Source of the DNA: Antedon mediterranea
Taxonomy: Eukaryota; Animalia; Echinodermata
Length of the DNA: 64,000 nucleotides
Assembly (NCBI RefSeq): GCF_964355755.1
Contig: NC_092677.1
Coordinates: forward strand, 642,101 to 706,100
Direction of reading: 5' to 3'
Each line of letters begins with the position of its first letter. Within the stretch, counting starts at the first letter, position 1. A program made the position numbers and the translations under genes. The notes beneath the pieces are model-generated. The model saw nothing but the letters and a program-made list of their open reading frames with translations, had not been told where the DNA came from and searched no databases. This document shows positions 12,113 to 25,528 of this stretch, in pieces.

Positions 12113-14447
12113 GTTTGTGATGATTTGATGTTAAGGTAAAATGATGATCAGATCTAAGTTTATAATTCTAAAATACACTAAAATGGGCCGCCATGTGTGC
12201 TAATTAATGTAGGATTGCAAATGCCAATAAATAGATATCTACAATGTAGGCCTACACGTTTAAAAGAATGGTGACATGACATAATTGTCACGTGGTGATT
12301 AAAATACATCAACAATCCGTTAATCGCAGTAGCGAGTGGGACGCGGAAAAATGTTTATTTACCAAGACCAAATCTTATATAGGCGACATGGGTTACGTTA
12401 CGGTTTAAACAAGGTTTAAACAAATTATTAATGTTATAGGTTTAAAACTGAACAATTAAACACACGACTTTTGGTTTTCAGATAAACCTGATAAGGATAT
12501 TGCAAATGATCAGACTGTTCCTCCTGGTGAGACTTTTACAATAACATCTACTGTAACAGCTAATCCTTCTGACGTCACTTATTTGTGGACTACTGATCTT
12601 CCTGGGAATGAAGATTCTGTCAACTATCGACCAACATTTACACTGAAAGTATCGGAAACAGAGGTTGATGGCACTATTTATTTAGTAAATATAACAGTTA
12701 CAAACATCATTGGATCAACAACGGATTCAGCTAATATCACAATATCTGGTAAGATTTTAAATGAAATGATATCCATGAGAAATATTTTAGCTTTATCTAC
12801 TGGATACAACTGTGAATACCAGTGATTCTGAGATTGATCTAAATGTTATCTGCTAGCTTCATTTTTGGTATTAGGTGTTAACTTCATCAATTCATTTTTG
12901 TAAAATATTAAAGCAAACGATGGATGGACTGGAATTGCATTTAACATGAGCAAGATTTATACAATAGTAGTTTAACTATAGATTGTTCATTAAAATACAA
13001 TTAAGTAGTTGATGTATCGATTTGTTAACTATAAGTAATAATTATTTTAATTGCATAGCAAGTATTACTAATAATTGAGGTAATTTATACTGTACAAACG
13101 ACTTAAACATAAAAACAGTCGTTTAGGAGTATGGAAATGTATACTACTGTATTATGCTATGGATGTATTAGTTCCTTCAACTTAGTTCATTTAAATTTTT
13201 CCTAAAACTATTTCAGTAATTATGACTGTTGTTATGAGTTCTTTATTTAATTATAAATGTCATTTCATATTAATGTTTGTGTTAAGGTACAGAGTAACAA
13301 TTTATATTTTCCATGATCAACTGCAATGCAATTAAAAAAAAACACCCAGTTTTTAATTAGAATATAAAAATCACCATATTAAGCACAAGTAAGATAACCA
13401 TTATGAGATCATGCCACTGATGCGCTGAGCTAGCAGGCCTATTACAAACTTGTTTCATTTAGTTGATGAGCGTTTGCGTGTTTTCGGTTAAAAAGAGCAT
13501 TAAGTCAACAGTTTCAGTCAAAACCACGTCTATACCAATTACAAGTAAGCGTCGTTTAAATAATGAATTTGTGTTTTAGATATTCAGTACTGGAGTTTCA
13601 TACAAACGACATTGGCTCATATTCTAAAATATCAGATTTTACTACAATTTAATTTCAATATCAATATACACCCGTTATGTTTACATATTGAAATAAACAA
13701 ATCATATAAAATACATTGATAGATTAGGACTGTAATATGCTAACAAAAAACATTTTCCTTCAGAGACAACAGCCGAGTCATGTAATGATACTACGGGTCT
13801 GACCATCGGGATGTTCTTTGTTGGCATCATACTTGGTGTCTTAGGATTTTACATTGCAGAAATTACTCACAACAAGATAAAGAAGGTTGGTAAAATGCAG
13901 TATGAATATTATACTTATATAACCATTATAATTTTCGAACTATTCATGCTGACAGTGGCAAAAATAATTCAATTGATGGACTACATTCTACTAAAATAAA
14001 TTTCCAACATTATTGCACAAAATATAATTGAAAAACATACAGTAGTGTATACAGAGTAATAATAACTTTATATTAATCTAATAGAAGGCACTGTCAAAGG
14101 AACAAGACGCAGACAAAAGGAAACAAGATGTAAGTATCGATACAATCTATAAAGAGGACAAACCAACGACTGGTAATCCGATTGAAAATATTATGATTGT
14201 GCATACTATATTTTAGTTACTTTTAGTACGATTACCACAAGTTATTGTATTGTGACTTTATTGCTTATTTACTACATTGTATAATAGTTTCTTATGTTAG
14301 CAATCCTTTGCTTTTTAACAGACTTACATGGATTATGGAGGAGACACTGGCGAGCAAAACCAAACCTATCAAGATTTACAACATAAAGTAGAAGAGTCAG
14401 CTTATGTTAATGTTAAGGCTGGGAATAAGCAAAAGGGAAAAGTATGA
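10788..14447 (+). CDS. Ig-superfamily type I membrane receptor 1 (SP, IgV, IgI/C2, PKD-like, TM, tyrosine-motif tail), 401 aa
   Basis: Seven coding exons with GT-AG sites and consistent phases: 10788-10833, 11213-11557, 11851-12105, 12482-12748, 13764-13885, 14085-14129, 14322-14447 (1206 nt, open). N-terminus MLSKKDIYLHLFLLCFLRKYVA. V-set ITC..W..RFS..TLVI..DSGTYQC. TM GLTIGMFFVGIILGVLGFYIA. Tail TYMDY..TYQDLQHKVEESAYVNV. Confidence 0.9.
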
Positions 14448-15599
14448 ACTATTAAGAAATGAACTAAAAGCATAAATCAATAGATATAAGCTTTTAAGGA
14501 CTGTGTTTAATAAAGTAAATGTAAATGTATGTATAGCGCATTCCACAAACTATGCCGTCTTTTGTTTATATTGTTATCTTTATTTGCTACATTTTATATT
14601 CACAAATTCAATAATGTTACAGTAATTTTAAATTGTATGATAACTTGAAATGTTATTGTAACTTTACATTTTTTTAATAATTGTCTTTTTATGAAATGTA
14701 TTTTTGTAACTGTAATTGTATTATCGAGGACCCCAATGATCATCTTTTGGTGAACGGGCTACCCTCATTAAAAATGAATAAAAAACGTACGATTCATTAC
14801 TTAACCTCTCAATGTGTAGTTATTTGTTCGTGTCTATATTTATAAGGCATTTGAATTAGCATGAGATACTTGAGTTATTGTTGCTGTTGCATTTGCCTAC
14901 TGATAGGTGACAGTATTTGGATTACAATAAAATACTTCCTTGATAGGGATGGGCTTAATATTTGGTGTAAATGACGACTAAATGGGTGCGAACTTTGTGT
15001 ACGGTGCAAGAGTATTTGTAATAAACGTTCGGTAAACAATTCTGTGCAGTCGTAAAGAGCGGTTCATTGTCACTTCCGGCATCGATAGGTCTAAATTAAA
15101 TTTGTTATTTTATGGCAATGAAACAATTGTGAGTTGGGAGAGGAGTTTTGTCAACGAAATATACTAGACGGCCGCCGGATCATCAAACATAAGGTATGTC
15201 ATTACTATAGAACTTCGCCCGAGAGCTGGTATCCCAAACTCTCATTTTGATATTCCATTACTGATAAAACCTCTATACCCTAACTCTCTCGATCCCGGTG
15301 GAAATGTAGTTTATAAACTTTCCAGTACAATTCTAGCAATGTTGATACCGGCCTTCCCCAATGGATACATTCTCCCTCCTCTCTCTCTGCTGATATACAT
15401 TAGCGGTTTCCTTTATAGGGATGGACTTATTTTGTGCAAATGACGACCAAATTAGTGCGAACTTTGTGTACGGTCTAAAAGTATTTTGTTTTTAAACTTA
15501 CGTTTTAAAATTCTTTGTAGTACTAAAGAACGGTTTATTGCCGCTTCCGGCATCGACAAACATACATGTAAATTTATGAAAGAATTATGAGTTGGACCC

Positions 15600-15609
15600 G
15601 GGACTTTCC
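15600..15609 (+). promoter_or_regulatory. Canonical NF-kB site upstream of the receptor-2 signal exon
   Basis: GGGACTTTCC, paralogous to 10577. Confidence 0.5.
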
Positions 15610-15810
15610 CCACTAAATTCTTAATTGTGTCTAGTCACGTGCAGTGGCACGATAATACAATCCTGTACTACCTATTGAAATGGGGTTGTAATGTGGTTAA
15701 AAAACTGTATTTGTTAGACAATGAAATGTATTAGGTAAATTATCTAAACATCGTTAAACATTCTTTCCATTTACGATAGGTAGCCTACACGAGTAATTGA
15801 ATTGTGGATA

Positions 15811-18800
15811 ATGTTATCAAAGCAGGATATTTATTTGCATCTCTTTCTTTTATGCTGTAAGTAATCGAATATGGTTCTATTTGTGCTTTGTTTTTTTGTT
15901 ATTTTGTAACATTACAAAGTTATTATAATACTGGAATACTTCTTCATTTTCTACGTTGTTTTCTTCCTTTGTTATTTTATTCGGACCCCAATGGAAACTA
16001 ATTCTTTTTCTTAGGATTAATTTGGTTGTCCTGAATTCATCATCAAATGTTTCTCCTTTGTTTTCTCTTTGATGTTTTTTCATTTGACTGTTTTTATGTA
16101 TGATATTTTTGATGTTTGGATTCTAAATAAAAACAAACAATATCATTCTGTACAGTAGTATAAAACACTTAAAAGTAAAAACAATCCCATTATTGTTTGA
16201 TCATGTTCTATTACATTTTTGTTTAACACAATTCAGTCTTACGAAAATATGTTGCTGTAACAGTGACTGTTGATGACGTAGATGTAGCTGAAGGATCTGA
16301 AGCAAGAATAACATGTAACATTGTACCAGCTAGCAGTGGAGCTGTTCCTGTTGTAACATGGTATAATGTTACCAATGCGGCAAATGATTTAATAGCCAAT
16401 TATCAGGGTGGATTTGGATTAGTAGAACCTGGATACAGTGAGAGATTTAGTGTTGAAAATGACATTACTCTTGTAATTACCAACACTCACAGAAGTGACA
16501 GTGGAACATATCAATGTAGTGCAAATTTAGTTGGAGATAGTCCATCAGTTGATGATGATATATGCACTCTGACTGTAAATTGTGAGTACAGTAACTCCTT
16601 AATTAGGTGTGGTACATAACTTGAGTCTCATAATTCTCATAAATTGAAATGCTGTTTGTCAATAGGATAGGACGGTCAAAGGTTTAAAGAGGAATCCTAG
16701 TTTAAAATGTCTCTTATCGTTCCAGTCCTTAACAGTGTATTAAGTGAAGACAAAAAAGGATATGTTGATAGAAGATTAAACAATATTGTTTTTACTCATT
16801 AACTTACTGTATTCTTTAAATTTTACCAAATATTGCCTAATAATATAAAATATTCTTAAAATTTATAGATTTAGATAAACCCGAAATTAAGTTTTTGACA
16901 CTTGTAACTGAAGGAGATGAAGTTGTCATAACCTGTGTTGTGGATTCTAGCCCAGAAGCTATGTGCAACTTTATAAATGATGGTGACGTACTACCACATG
17001 ATGGTTCATGTACGTTTACAATTCCATCAGTGAGTCGTACTGATGGAGGCAGTTATGAGTGCGAGGCAGATAATGGTGTTGGTAACAAACAGAAAAGTGA
17101 CAATAGAAACCTAGAAGTACAATGTAAGTAAACTTTTGGTTTATTTCAAGTAGATCACAGATATCTGATCTTTCAAAAAACGATTATATTACTTTAAAAA
17201 CATTATACCAGGTCATTCCGTGTCTTAAATGTACGTTTTATGGTAAATGAGAGAAACAATGCATTACTGTACCTAAAGTAGTTCACTGTGAAAGTCCTCT
17301 CGTGGACGGTCTTAGGCTTAGTTTTATAGGTCTAGCTGGTAAACAGCATTAACATTGTACGCTAGCTATGCCTAGCCTGACGTCTACAGTAGTTGCTGCA
17401 TTAATTGTCTTTCTGTTTTTGCCAGAATCCATTATTACAAATTAAGGAAAACCTGATATTTTCGCTAAAAAGTTACGATTTTTTCTTTTGTTTTGGCAAA
17501 AAAAAAAAAAAATTAAAAAAATATCAATCAGCGCGCAGTGCATGTTGGGATTTATAGCGGACCAACATATTTTTTACCATTTAAAGAGAAAAAAAGTTAT
17601 CGCAATAGGAACATGTAGTATTTATTTTTACATTAAATGTAGTTGGTGACCTTAAATTAGATCTAAAAATGTAAGGAATGGGACTTTAACATGAATTATT
17701 CCATGGTAACTCGCTTTTTATGGGTAGTTAAATTAGTGTATGTGTTGTTACCTTGAGGATAAATAAAATGTTGAAAAGTGTATGAACTATAGTCAAGAAA
17801 AACAAGGCCAACAGCCATTAAGTCGCGTGCTACAATGCATAGTGATACCGGACAGACAGACCGACAGACAGACCGACAGACAGACAGACAGACCGACCGA
17901 CCGACCGACATAGTGAACTATACTGACCAAAATTACTGAGCATGTTTAAAAATGTTGAAATGTTTAAAAACATTTATATTTTTTTAATTTACACGTGCGT
18001 AGCCTGTCACTTTCGACGTGCTCGTATAACGTAATTTCGAGTTGAAAAGTAAGTCAAGAAAACAGAAATCGGGCAAAAAGAATGCGCAATAACATTTAAC
18101 GCGCAGTGCGCGCGCAAAAATATGCGCACTCATGGCAATTTTGTAAACGCTTAAAATTGCCTGAAATGTACTCTTATTTCATCGAAAATAAATTTTGAAA
18201 ATTTTAAGCGCGCGTACGCATGCGTTACATGCGCTACGCACGTAATTGTATTGCCATATGATGATTTATGCCCTGAAATTTATTAGTACCAAATTTTATT
18301 TAATTGTGATTCATGGTTGTTAAGATATGATTACAAACGTGATTTCGTTAAATCGTGCGTAGACCGCGTAATTTTTTATTGCGCACCGTGAAAACATAAC
18401 CACATCGATTCCTGACCATAAGGAATATTCTGTGAAAAATTGACTTAGTTAGATTAAACTGATATCAAGATAAGGTCAGAAAGCGATAAAACGCATAGTG
18501 ATACCGGACCGACAGACAGACCGACAGACAGACAGACAGACAGACCGACCAACCGACCGACATAGTGAACTATAGAGTCGCTTCCACGCGACTAAAAACC
18601 AAAAATAATCATTTGTGTAGGACATGACCAAAAAAAAAAACGAAATTGAAATTCTCCTCATACCAGTAAGCTATTGTTGAAAAGTTATTAACCTACAAAA
18701 TGGTATGTAACGTCAAGAATACTTTGAAATAATGTTATAAATGTCCATTATTAAATTTTAAATGGTATAAATTTTGGTAACTTACATGTCCAGGATATAT

Positions 18801-19684
18801 GAATGTCTATAGAAACAATTTGTTCACAAGATTAATTACTGTAAACTTTCTTAAATATCAACTAAAAATGCAGTATTGTACTTTAGAAAACTAAAGTCTT
18901 TCACTTGTAGCCCAACAAATAAATTTATGAAAACTTTAGGCCTATGCTTAAGTAACTCGCCTTACATAAATTAGTGCTGTTGAAATCACGTTGCTATTTT
19001 TTTCATATTTTCAGAAAAAGAAATTACAATAATTATTTTTGTTCATAGAAGTATAACTTATATGTTATGCAGGAAAGGTATAGAATTTATAATTACTGAG
19101 AATGAGATTTTCAGGTCATGTCCATTTCTCATGGAAATGCCCATTAGAATAACTGTGTCTAAAGTTGTAGGTATTTGAGCTGTACTGAAAAAAAAACATA
19201 TTTACAAGATAAGATAATGTCATGAAGAATCAACTGAAGTCTTGTAATATTTCTGAAAACAATTATGTTCGTTTCATTGGTTGAAATCCATATTTACATA
19301 CCGACCACCCCATTAAGCTAGTTAATATGGTATGATAAGCTATGTCATTGTTCTGATATTTGTGGTACATTTTTTATAAATAATAAATTGTATTTCACTG
19401 TTTTTCAGTTAAACCTGTTGCTAATGATGATAATGATATAAATGATCAGATTGTTTTCCCTGGTGAAACTGTTACAATGACATTCAGTGGAATAGCGAAT
19501 CCCCCAGACATCACTTATCTGTGGACTACTGATGTTCCTGGAAACGAAGATGCTGTCAACAATGGATCATCATTTACAGTAAAAGTGTCGGAATCAGAAG
19601 TTGATGGTGCTTTTTATTTTGTTAATTTGACAGTTACAAACAGCATTGGATCAACAACTTATTCAGCCAAAATCACAATATCTG
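15811..19684 (+). CDS. Ig receptor 2, 5' half (SP, IgV, Ig2, PKD-like); its own TM and tail exons are missing
   Basis: Exons 15811-15856, 16237-16581, 16869-17123 and 19409-19684, all open with phase-1 junctions. Downstream intron similarity to gene 1 ends at ~32493, before the expected TM exon. Confidence 0.82.
17801..18598. mobile_element. Non-autonomous Helentron/DINE-1-like element (GACA family), copy 1
   Basis: Starts AACAAGGCC..AGTCGCGTG, carries (GACA/GACC)n tracts, ends in the hairpin AGTCGCTTCCACGCGACT followed by an A-run. Near-identical copies at 41152 and 43936. Confidence 0.75.
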
Positions 19685-20842
19685 GTAAGATTTTTGTTAA
19701 ATTTTTATATTTCATTTATAAACAAATACATATAAATACAGTAAAACTTTATACCAGAACTGAGAAATTTATTTTTTAAAATAGTATGTGTGCTCTAATT
19801 TTTATCTTCTATTCATTGATTACTTTTTGTCATTTTGGTATTACAATAATTAGGCTACCTTATTTTATAAAACACTTCTTATATTCGTGAATAGTTGATT
19901 ACTCATCGTGTGCCGATTGCATTGAACAAAACAATGAACGAATGAGCTTTTGTAAAAATGGTGATATTTTTTGCCATGCACATGTAGTGCACGCTGTCAA
20001 TAACTGTTCTACTCTGTGTCCTGTATTGGAGTGCTTCCTTTTTTAATGGCCTAGCTTCCCATCCAGCCTAGCCTTGGACGATGATCCAAGATGGAACAAT
20101 TGTTTACAATTTAGTTTAAAATAGTAGGTGTTCAAATAATGAATGTTCTGTTTTCGTCAACAAATGAGTAACTATATTTGGGCACACTTTTTCGTCAAAC
20201 TAATTTGATGTGTAGACAGAGCTTAATACATGTTTCGTTATGTATTTTAATTCATTTTAATTATATTGTAACAGTTATTACTATTTAAATCTAGTATATT
20301 TTTTCCGAGCAGGGGAAGAGATGGGTATTCTTGCTTGTTTTATATAATATATAGGCCTAAGTTTAACAATAATTATAGTGCAGTAGGTAAAATATTGCAG
20401 AATTTGTTTGTTTATTAGGGCAGTACTTTGTCAATCAGTAAATTTTACCACAATTTATATTAATATCATGGTTATTTATTATTTTTCCGAATTTTACAAC
20501 ATTATAACACGATTACGATACTTTACCTGAGTTCTAATAAATTATATTACTTTTTGCACAATTCTTAAAAAACAAATGAGTAATAATATTTCATTCATTG
20601 AAAGTTGACTGCTCAGTTCTGCTATGCTATGCATTAGTTCCTTCAACAAGAAGCTACTTCGAAATTTATACTATATAGATATTATTTAGTTAATTTTACT
20701 CTGCTCTTAAATGATGAAATCACATTACATGTTTATGTCAATTTATGTATCAAAATACAACAAAATAATATATTTTTTCTATGGTCTACTGCAATGAAAA
20801 CAAGATCTATTAAATATATACTTGTTAGAATATCAAAATTAC

Positions 20843-23800
20843 AACTAGATTTAATTCGTCACTATGACGAATTATAGGTTATATGCATTGATTTAAATAA
20901 AGATAATTGATTTTTAAAAGATATATTGATTGATTGATTTTCTCAGAATCTTTAATTATTTATAATATATGATAGGACCTTGCTAACGCGAATACCATAG
21001 CCGGTATCACAATCCGATCAAAGATCCATATGGATGCGTATAATGTCATAAACCACATTTGTTGTTACATAATAATAAAGACATAAGTTAATTTTTATCT
21101 AGATTTAATTATAAATCATGTGTATAATCTATACACTAAGAAATAAATTTAAACAAACAATACGGATAATAAAAAAGAAATCTTTTTCGTTTCCCAAGGT
21201 GAGACTCGATCTCGGTACCTTGAATGCCATAGACACGAGCACAGACCACCGAGCCGTACACAACTGACTAAAAGTTGTAGAAAAATTCCTCCGTGTATTT
21301 ACTATGCAGTAACCACTTTGATGCAAATAGATTATTACATACCGAAATGAATTATAATTTTTTACTATGATGACATCTTTAAAATGTATACAAATGATGC
21401 ACTGTCAAACTACATACTTTTAACCTTAATATATGAATTTTTGAAGGAAGAAAGTTAATGTTAAGTTTGTTATTTTGGCCTAAGAAAATGTCATAATTTG
21501 TTTGATTGTCGAAATTATTTTTTTAAAAATTTAATATGCAATTAATGATGACTTAATCAACTTTTGTTCTCTTTATTTGATAATAAATCATACATATGAT
21601 ACATACACTTCAAGAAAATGAAATAAAAAATAGGTGTTCTCCTGCATTCTGACGATATATATTAATTTTAAAATTTAGCATATTTTCATCATTTTGTTAA
21701 CTTATACGTGCGTAGCCAGTCACTTTTGACGTGCTCGTATAACGCAATTTCGAGTTGAAACCTGAATCAAATATGATGATATTATTAAAGAAAGATTGTA
21801 AAACAGAAATCGGGCAAAAAGAGTGCGCAGTAACATTTAACGCGCAGTGCGCGTGCAAAAATCTGCGCACTCATGGCAATTTTTTAAACGCTTAAAATTG
21901 CCTGAAACGTACTCTAATTTCATCGAAAATAAATTTTGACAATTTTGAACATTTTAAGCGCGCGTACGCAAGCGTTATATGCGCTACGCACGTAATTTTA
22001 TTGCCATATGATGAAATATGACCTGAAATTTATGATTACCAAATTTTGTTTAATTGTGATTCATGCTTGTGAAGAATGATTACAAACGTGATTTCGTAAA
22101 ATCGCGCGTAGACCGCGTAATTTTTGATTACGCATCGTGAAAATATAACCACATCGAATCCTGGCCATGAGGAATATACTCTGAAAACTTGACTTAGCTA
22201 GATTAAACTGATGCCAAGATAATGCACGGACAAAATAGTGCTAAGGAAAGAATAAATAAACTAGACATGAAACTCGTCACTTTGACGAGTTAGTTATCCG
22301 CACGACAAACGCCACGTGCACGTCATACGTTGGAATATTGCGCACAGAAAAAGATTATGGCATTATGACCTGAACTGAAGAATATCATATCTTGTTAGTG
22401 CTGAATTCTGTCTATTTTGTGTCATATAGTATATACAGTATAATCTGTATACATATTACATACAGTGTAGAATAGGTGAAATTACGGGACCCACCGTTTA
22501 TTCCAATTTTTAACATGGTGACGGTATTAAAATTAAACACTAAGATAGCAATTTCGGAAGGACATTATCTCACCAACAACATATTAACGTGTAGAAGAAA
22601 TTTGAATACGTAGAATATGGATGCGTGCTCGTTTAAATGTGATGAACTATGACGCATAATATCAAAATACGACTTTTTTTATTCAACTGGCCATATGATA
22701 ACTTCACAACATCCGATTGGCAAAATGTTCACATTAATTCGTATCTACAGTCCAATAGCTTCCAGAAAATGTTTTAATCATAATTATAGCTTTTTATTCT
22801 TACAAGCTATAACAGATTAAAATTTACTGTAAAGATGAAATTAATGACCCTGTTAATTATAATTTTTAGGCATGATGACGTCATAAAAATTAAAATATTT
22901 TTAACTCATGCGTAAGATAGTTGATTGACCTAGAAAATATTAAAGTCTTGGAAAAAAAGGAATACAGATAGGCGTGATGCGCTCCATTGAATATGATGAG
23001 CAATAACGAAAGAGACAAAAATCCTATATTTTACATTCGTGTGGCCATACGATGACGTCACAATGTCCGGTTAGCCATATCGATTCATGATCCGATATCT
23101 ACAACTCTTCAACTTCCAGAATATGTAATTAAAAAAAAGTTCACCTCGTTGTTTAGAATCTATGACTGTTTAAAAAAAGGCATAATTTTGACCAATTTTT
23201 AAACTTTTTCATAAAAAACGCACGTAAATTATCCAATTCAACGTGCCCGTATGACGTAGTTTTAAGTCGAAATTGTTTAAAAGTTGGTAAAATTACTAGA
23301 AAAGGCTGAAAAAACTGAAATCACACAAAAAAAATTGTTTTCAACGCTACGTTTGCACCATGCGCGTAAAACAATGCGCGCGCGTGGGAATTTTTTACAT
23401 GCTTAAAATTACATGAAACGCGTAGAAAGTTGATTAGAAATTGATTTTTCGCATTTTGAAATTTTAAACGCGCGTGCACGCGTAACTTCGTGTAAAACAT
23501 GCCATTTTTCCCCTATAGTCAGTTAGCGCAAGATATAACTTAAACTTTTTGTCAAGTTTCATATTAAATTGTTATATGGTTTTCGATCTATGTTAAATAC
23601 GCGAAATTCGTAAAAACGCGCGTAAGTCTTGTTGCGCAACTCTGACGTCATTCAAAATAGGAGGTGCACAATTTCACATAAATGCCCACATGTTGACAAA
23701 GTTATGAAATGTTATGTTTACACGTTTTTGAGTTGCGCGTGACACAAAAATGACAGAAAGAAAGAAGAATACAGAAAAAAAAGATGATGAAACAGGACAG

Positions 23801-25528
23801 TTACAAGGAGTTATCCGCTGAATGCGGATAACTAACTAGAACTTAAACTCGTCACTTGAGGACGAGTTTGGTTATCCGCCCGCAACAAAACGTATCTTGC
23901 GTATTAAAGTACTTCTCAGTTATGACTTTTCCAAAAAAAGTAGCCTATTCAAAAGTAAAACCGCCCTTTCAGTGTAATAACCATTTAAATCCTGTTATTT
24001 AATTACTTTCCCGTGATGGGATTCGAACCCGGTACCTCTGATACCAAAGTCGGTGGCACTACACATCGAGCAATATGAGCACCTGCTGAAGAGAATCCGA
24101 AGAAAGTTAACTCGTCCATTCGGTATGTCGTGAACCACTCGATGCAAATAGATTATTACTTACCAAACTATATCATAATTTTCACTATGATGGAATCTTC
24201 ACAAATTTTAACCAATGACATATTATGAAAGTGCATACTTTTTAGTTTTATATATTAACATGTGAAGAAAAAAGATAAACGTTATGTTTATTGTTTTGCT
24301 CTTTGAAAAAGTTTATGTTTGTTTGATGATAAAAATTTCAAAAATTATATTTAATATGCAAATAATGTAGCCATCAAACACTTTTTAACATTCAAGACTA
24401 TAATAAATCAGAGCTATGATTCATACACTGCAAGAAATTAAAATAAAAAATGAGGGTAACCTTGCATTCTGATGAACTGTTTCATTTTTAAAAGTAGACA
24501 TATTTTGCAACATTTTCACAATTTGTTGACGTTTTTGTGCGCAACCTGTCATGTTTAACGTGCTCGTAGAACGCCATTTCAAGTTGAAAAGTGAATAAAA
24601 TAACGTAAAATTGTTAACCGAAGATTTAAAAACACAACTCGTGTAAAAGAAATGCTCATACGTGTTCCCTGCGCCGTGCGCGCGTAAAAATGTGCGCACC
24701 AGTGGCAATTTTTTAAACGCTTAAAATGACCTGAATCGTGCTCTAATTTAATCAGAAATTGATTTGAAGCATTTTAAAATTTCAAACGCCGTTTACGCGC
24801 GCACTTTCTAATGTTACAAATTGCGGTAGCGTTAAAAAAGTTAACTATTGATGTGAAGCAAACGTGGCTGAAAATGACGTTAACAAATATTCATTTGTTT
24901 CGAAGTTATAACCAATTTAAGATTTTCAGAAAATCACGCGTAACTTACGCTACGCGGCTATGACATCGTCAAAAAGCTTGGCTGGACAACTTCAGTAAAA
25001 TGTCTAAATGCTGAACAAGTTACAACATATTATGTTTACACGTTGAAGAGAAACAGCATGCACAAAATAAGAAGAGTTAAATATTTCAAACGCAATTTAC
25101 GCGAAAACTTTCTAATCTCCAAAAATTTGTTAAACATTCCAAAAGTTAGCCATTGATGTGAAGAAAACGTGGCTGAAAATTTTGTTAAAAAATATTTATC
25201 GGTTTCGAAGTTATGACCAATTTAAGATTTTCAGAAAATCGCGCGTGACTTACGCTACGCGAATCTGACAGCGTCCAAAAGCTTGGCTGAACATCTTCAG
25301 TTAAATGTCTAAATGTTGACCAAGTTACAACATGTTATGTTAACACGTTGAAAAGAAAACGCGTGCACAAAATTCGAGAAAGAAAGAAGAATAATAATAA
25401 AAAAAAAAAAGTAACACTACAATAACAAATGCTTATCCGCTTGAGGCGGATAACCAATAAATAAATAAATAAATAAAGATTTTGACAGAATCAAGAGGTT
25501 ATATGCATATCATGCATATAACCTAATA
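20843..25528. mobile_element. Nest of three Helentron-like (HINE) elements: one outer element containing two in tandem (22259-23835, 23836-25460)
   Basis: Each begins (A)CTAGA with a short TCGTCA..TGACGA palindrome and ends in a hairpin repeating its subterminal motif (AGGTTATATGCA..TGCATATAACCT; GTTATCCGC..GCGGATAAC). Core 21705-22225 resembles the GACA family. Confidence 0.65.

Noticed and set aside
14727-14785. Stem-loop plus AATAAA in the gene 1 3' UTR as a regulatory RNA element
   Set aside because: It looks like a short LINE 3'-end relic, and there is no evidence of function.
17696-18661. ORFs with SVCRSVGLSV repeats (also 41150 and 43691)
   Set aside because: They are translations of GACA microsatellites in the Helentron-like repeats.
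17210-19145. Possible TIR element around the first GACA repeat (GGTCATTCCGTG / CATGGAAATGCCC)
   Set aside because: The termini match only loosely and no TSD could be established.
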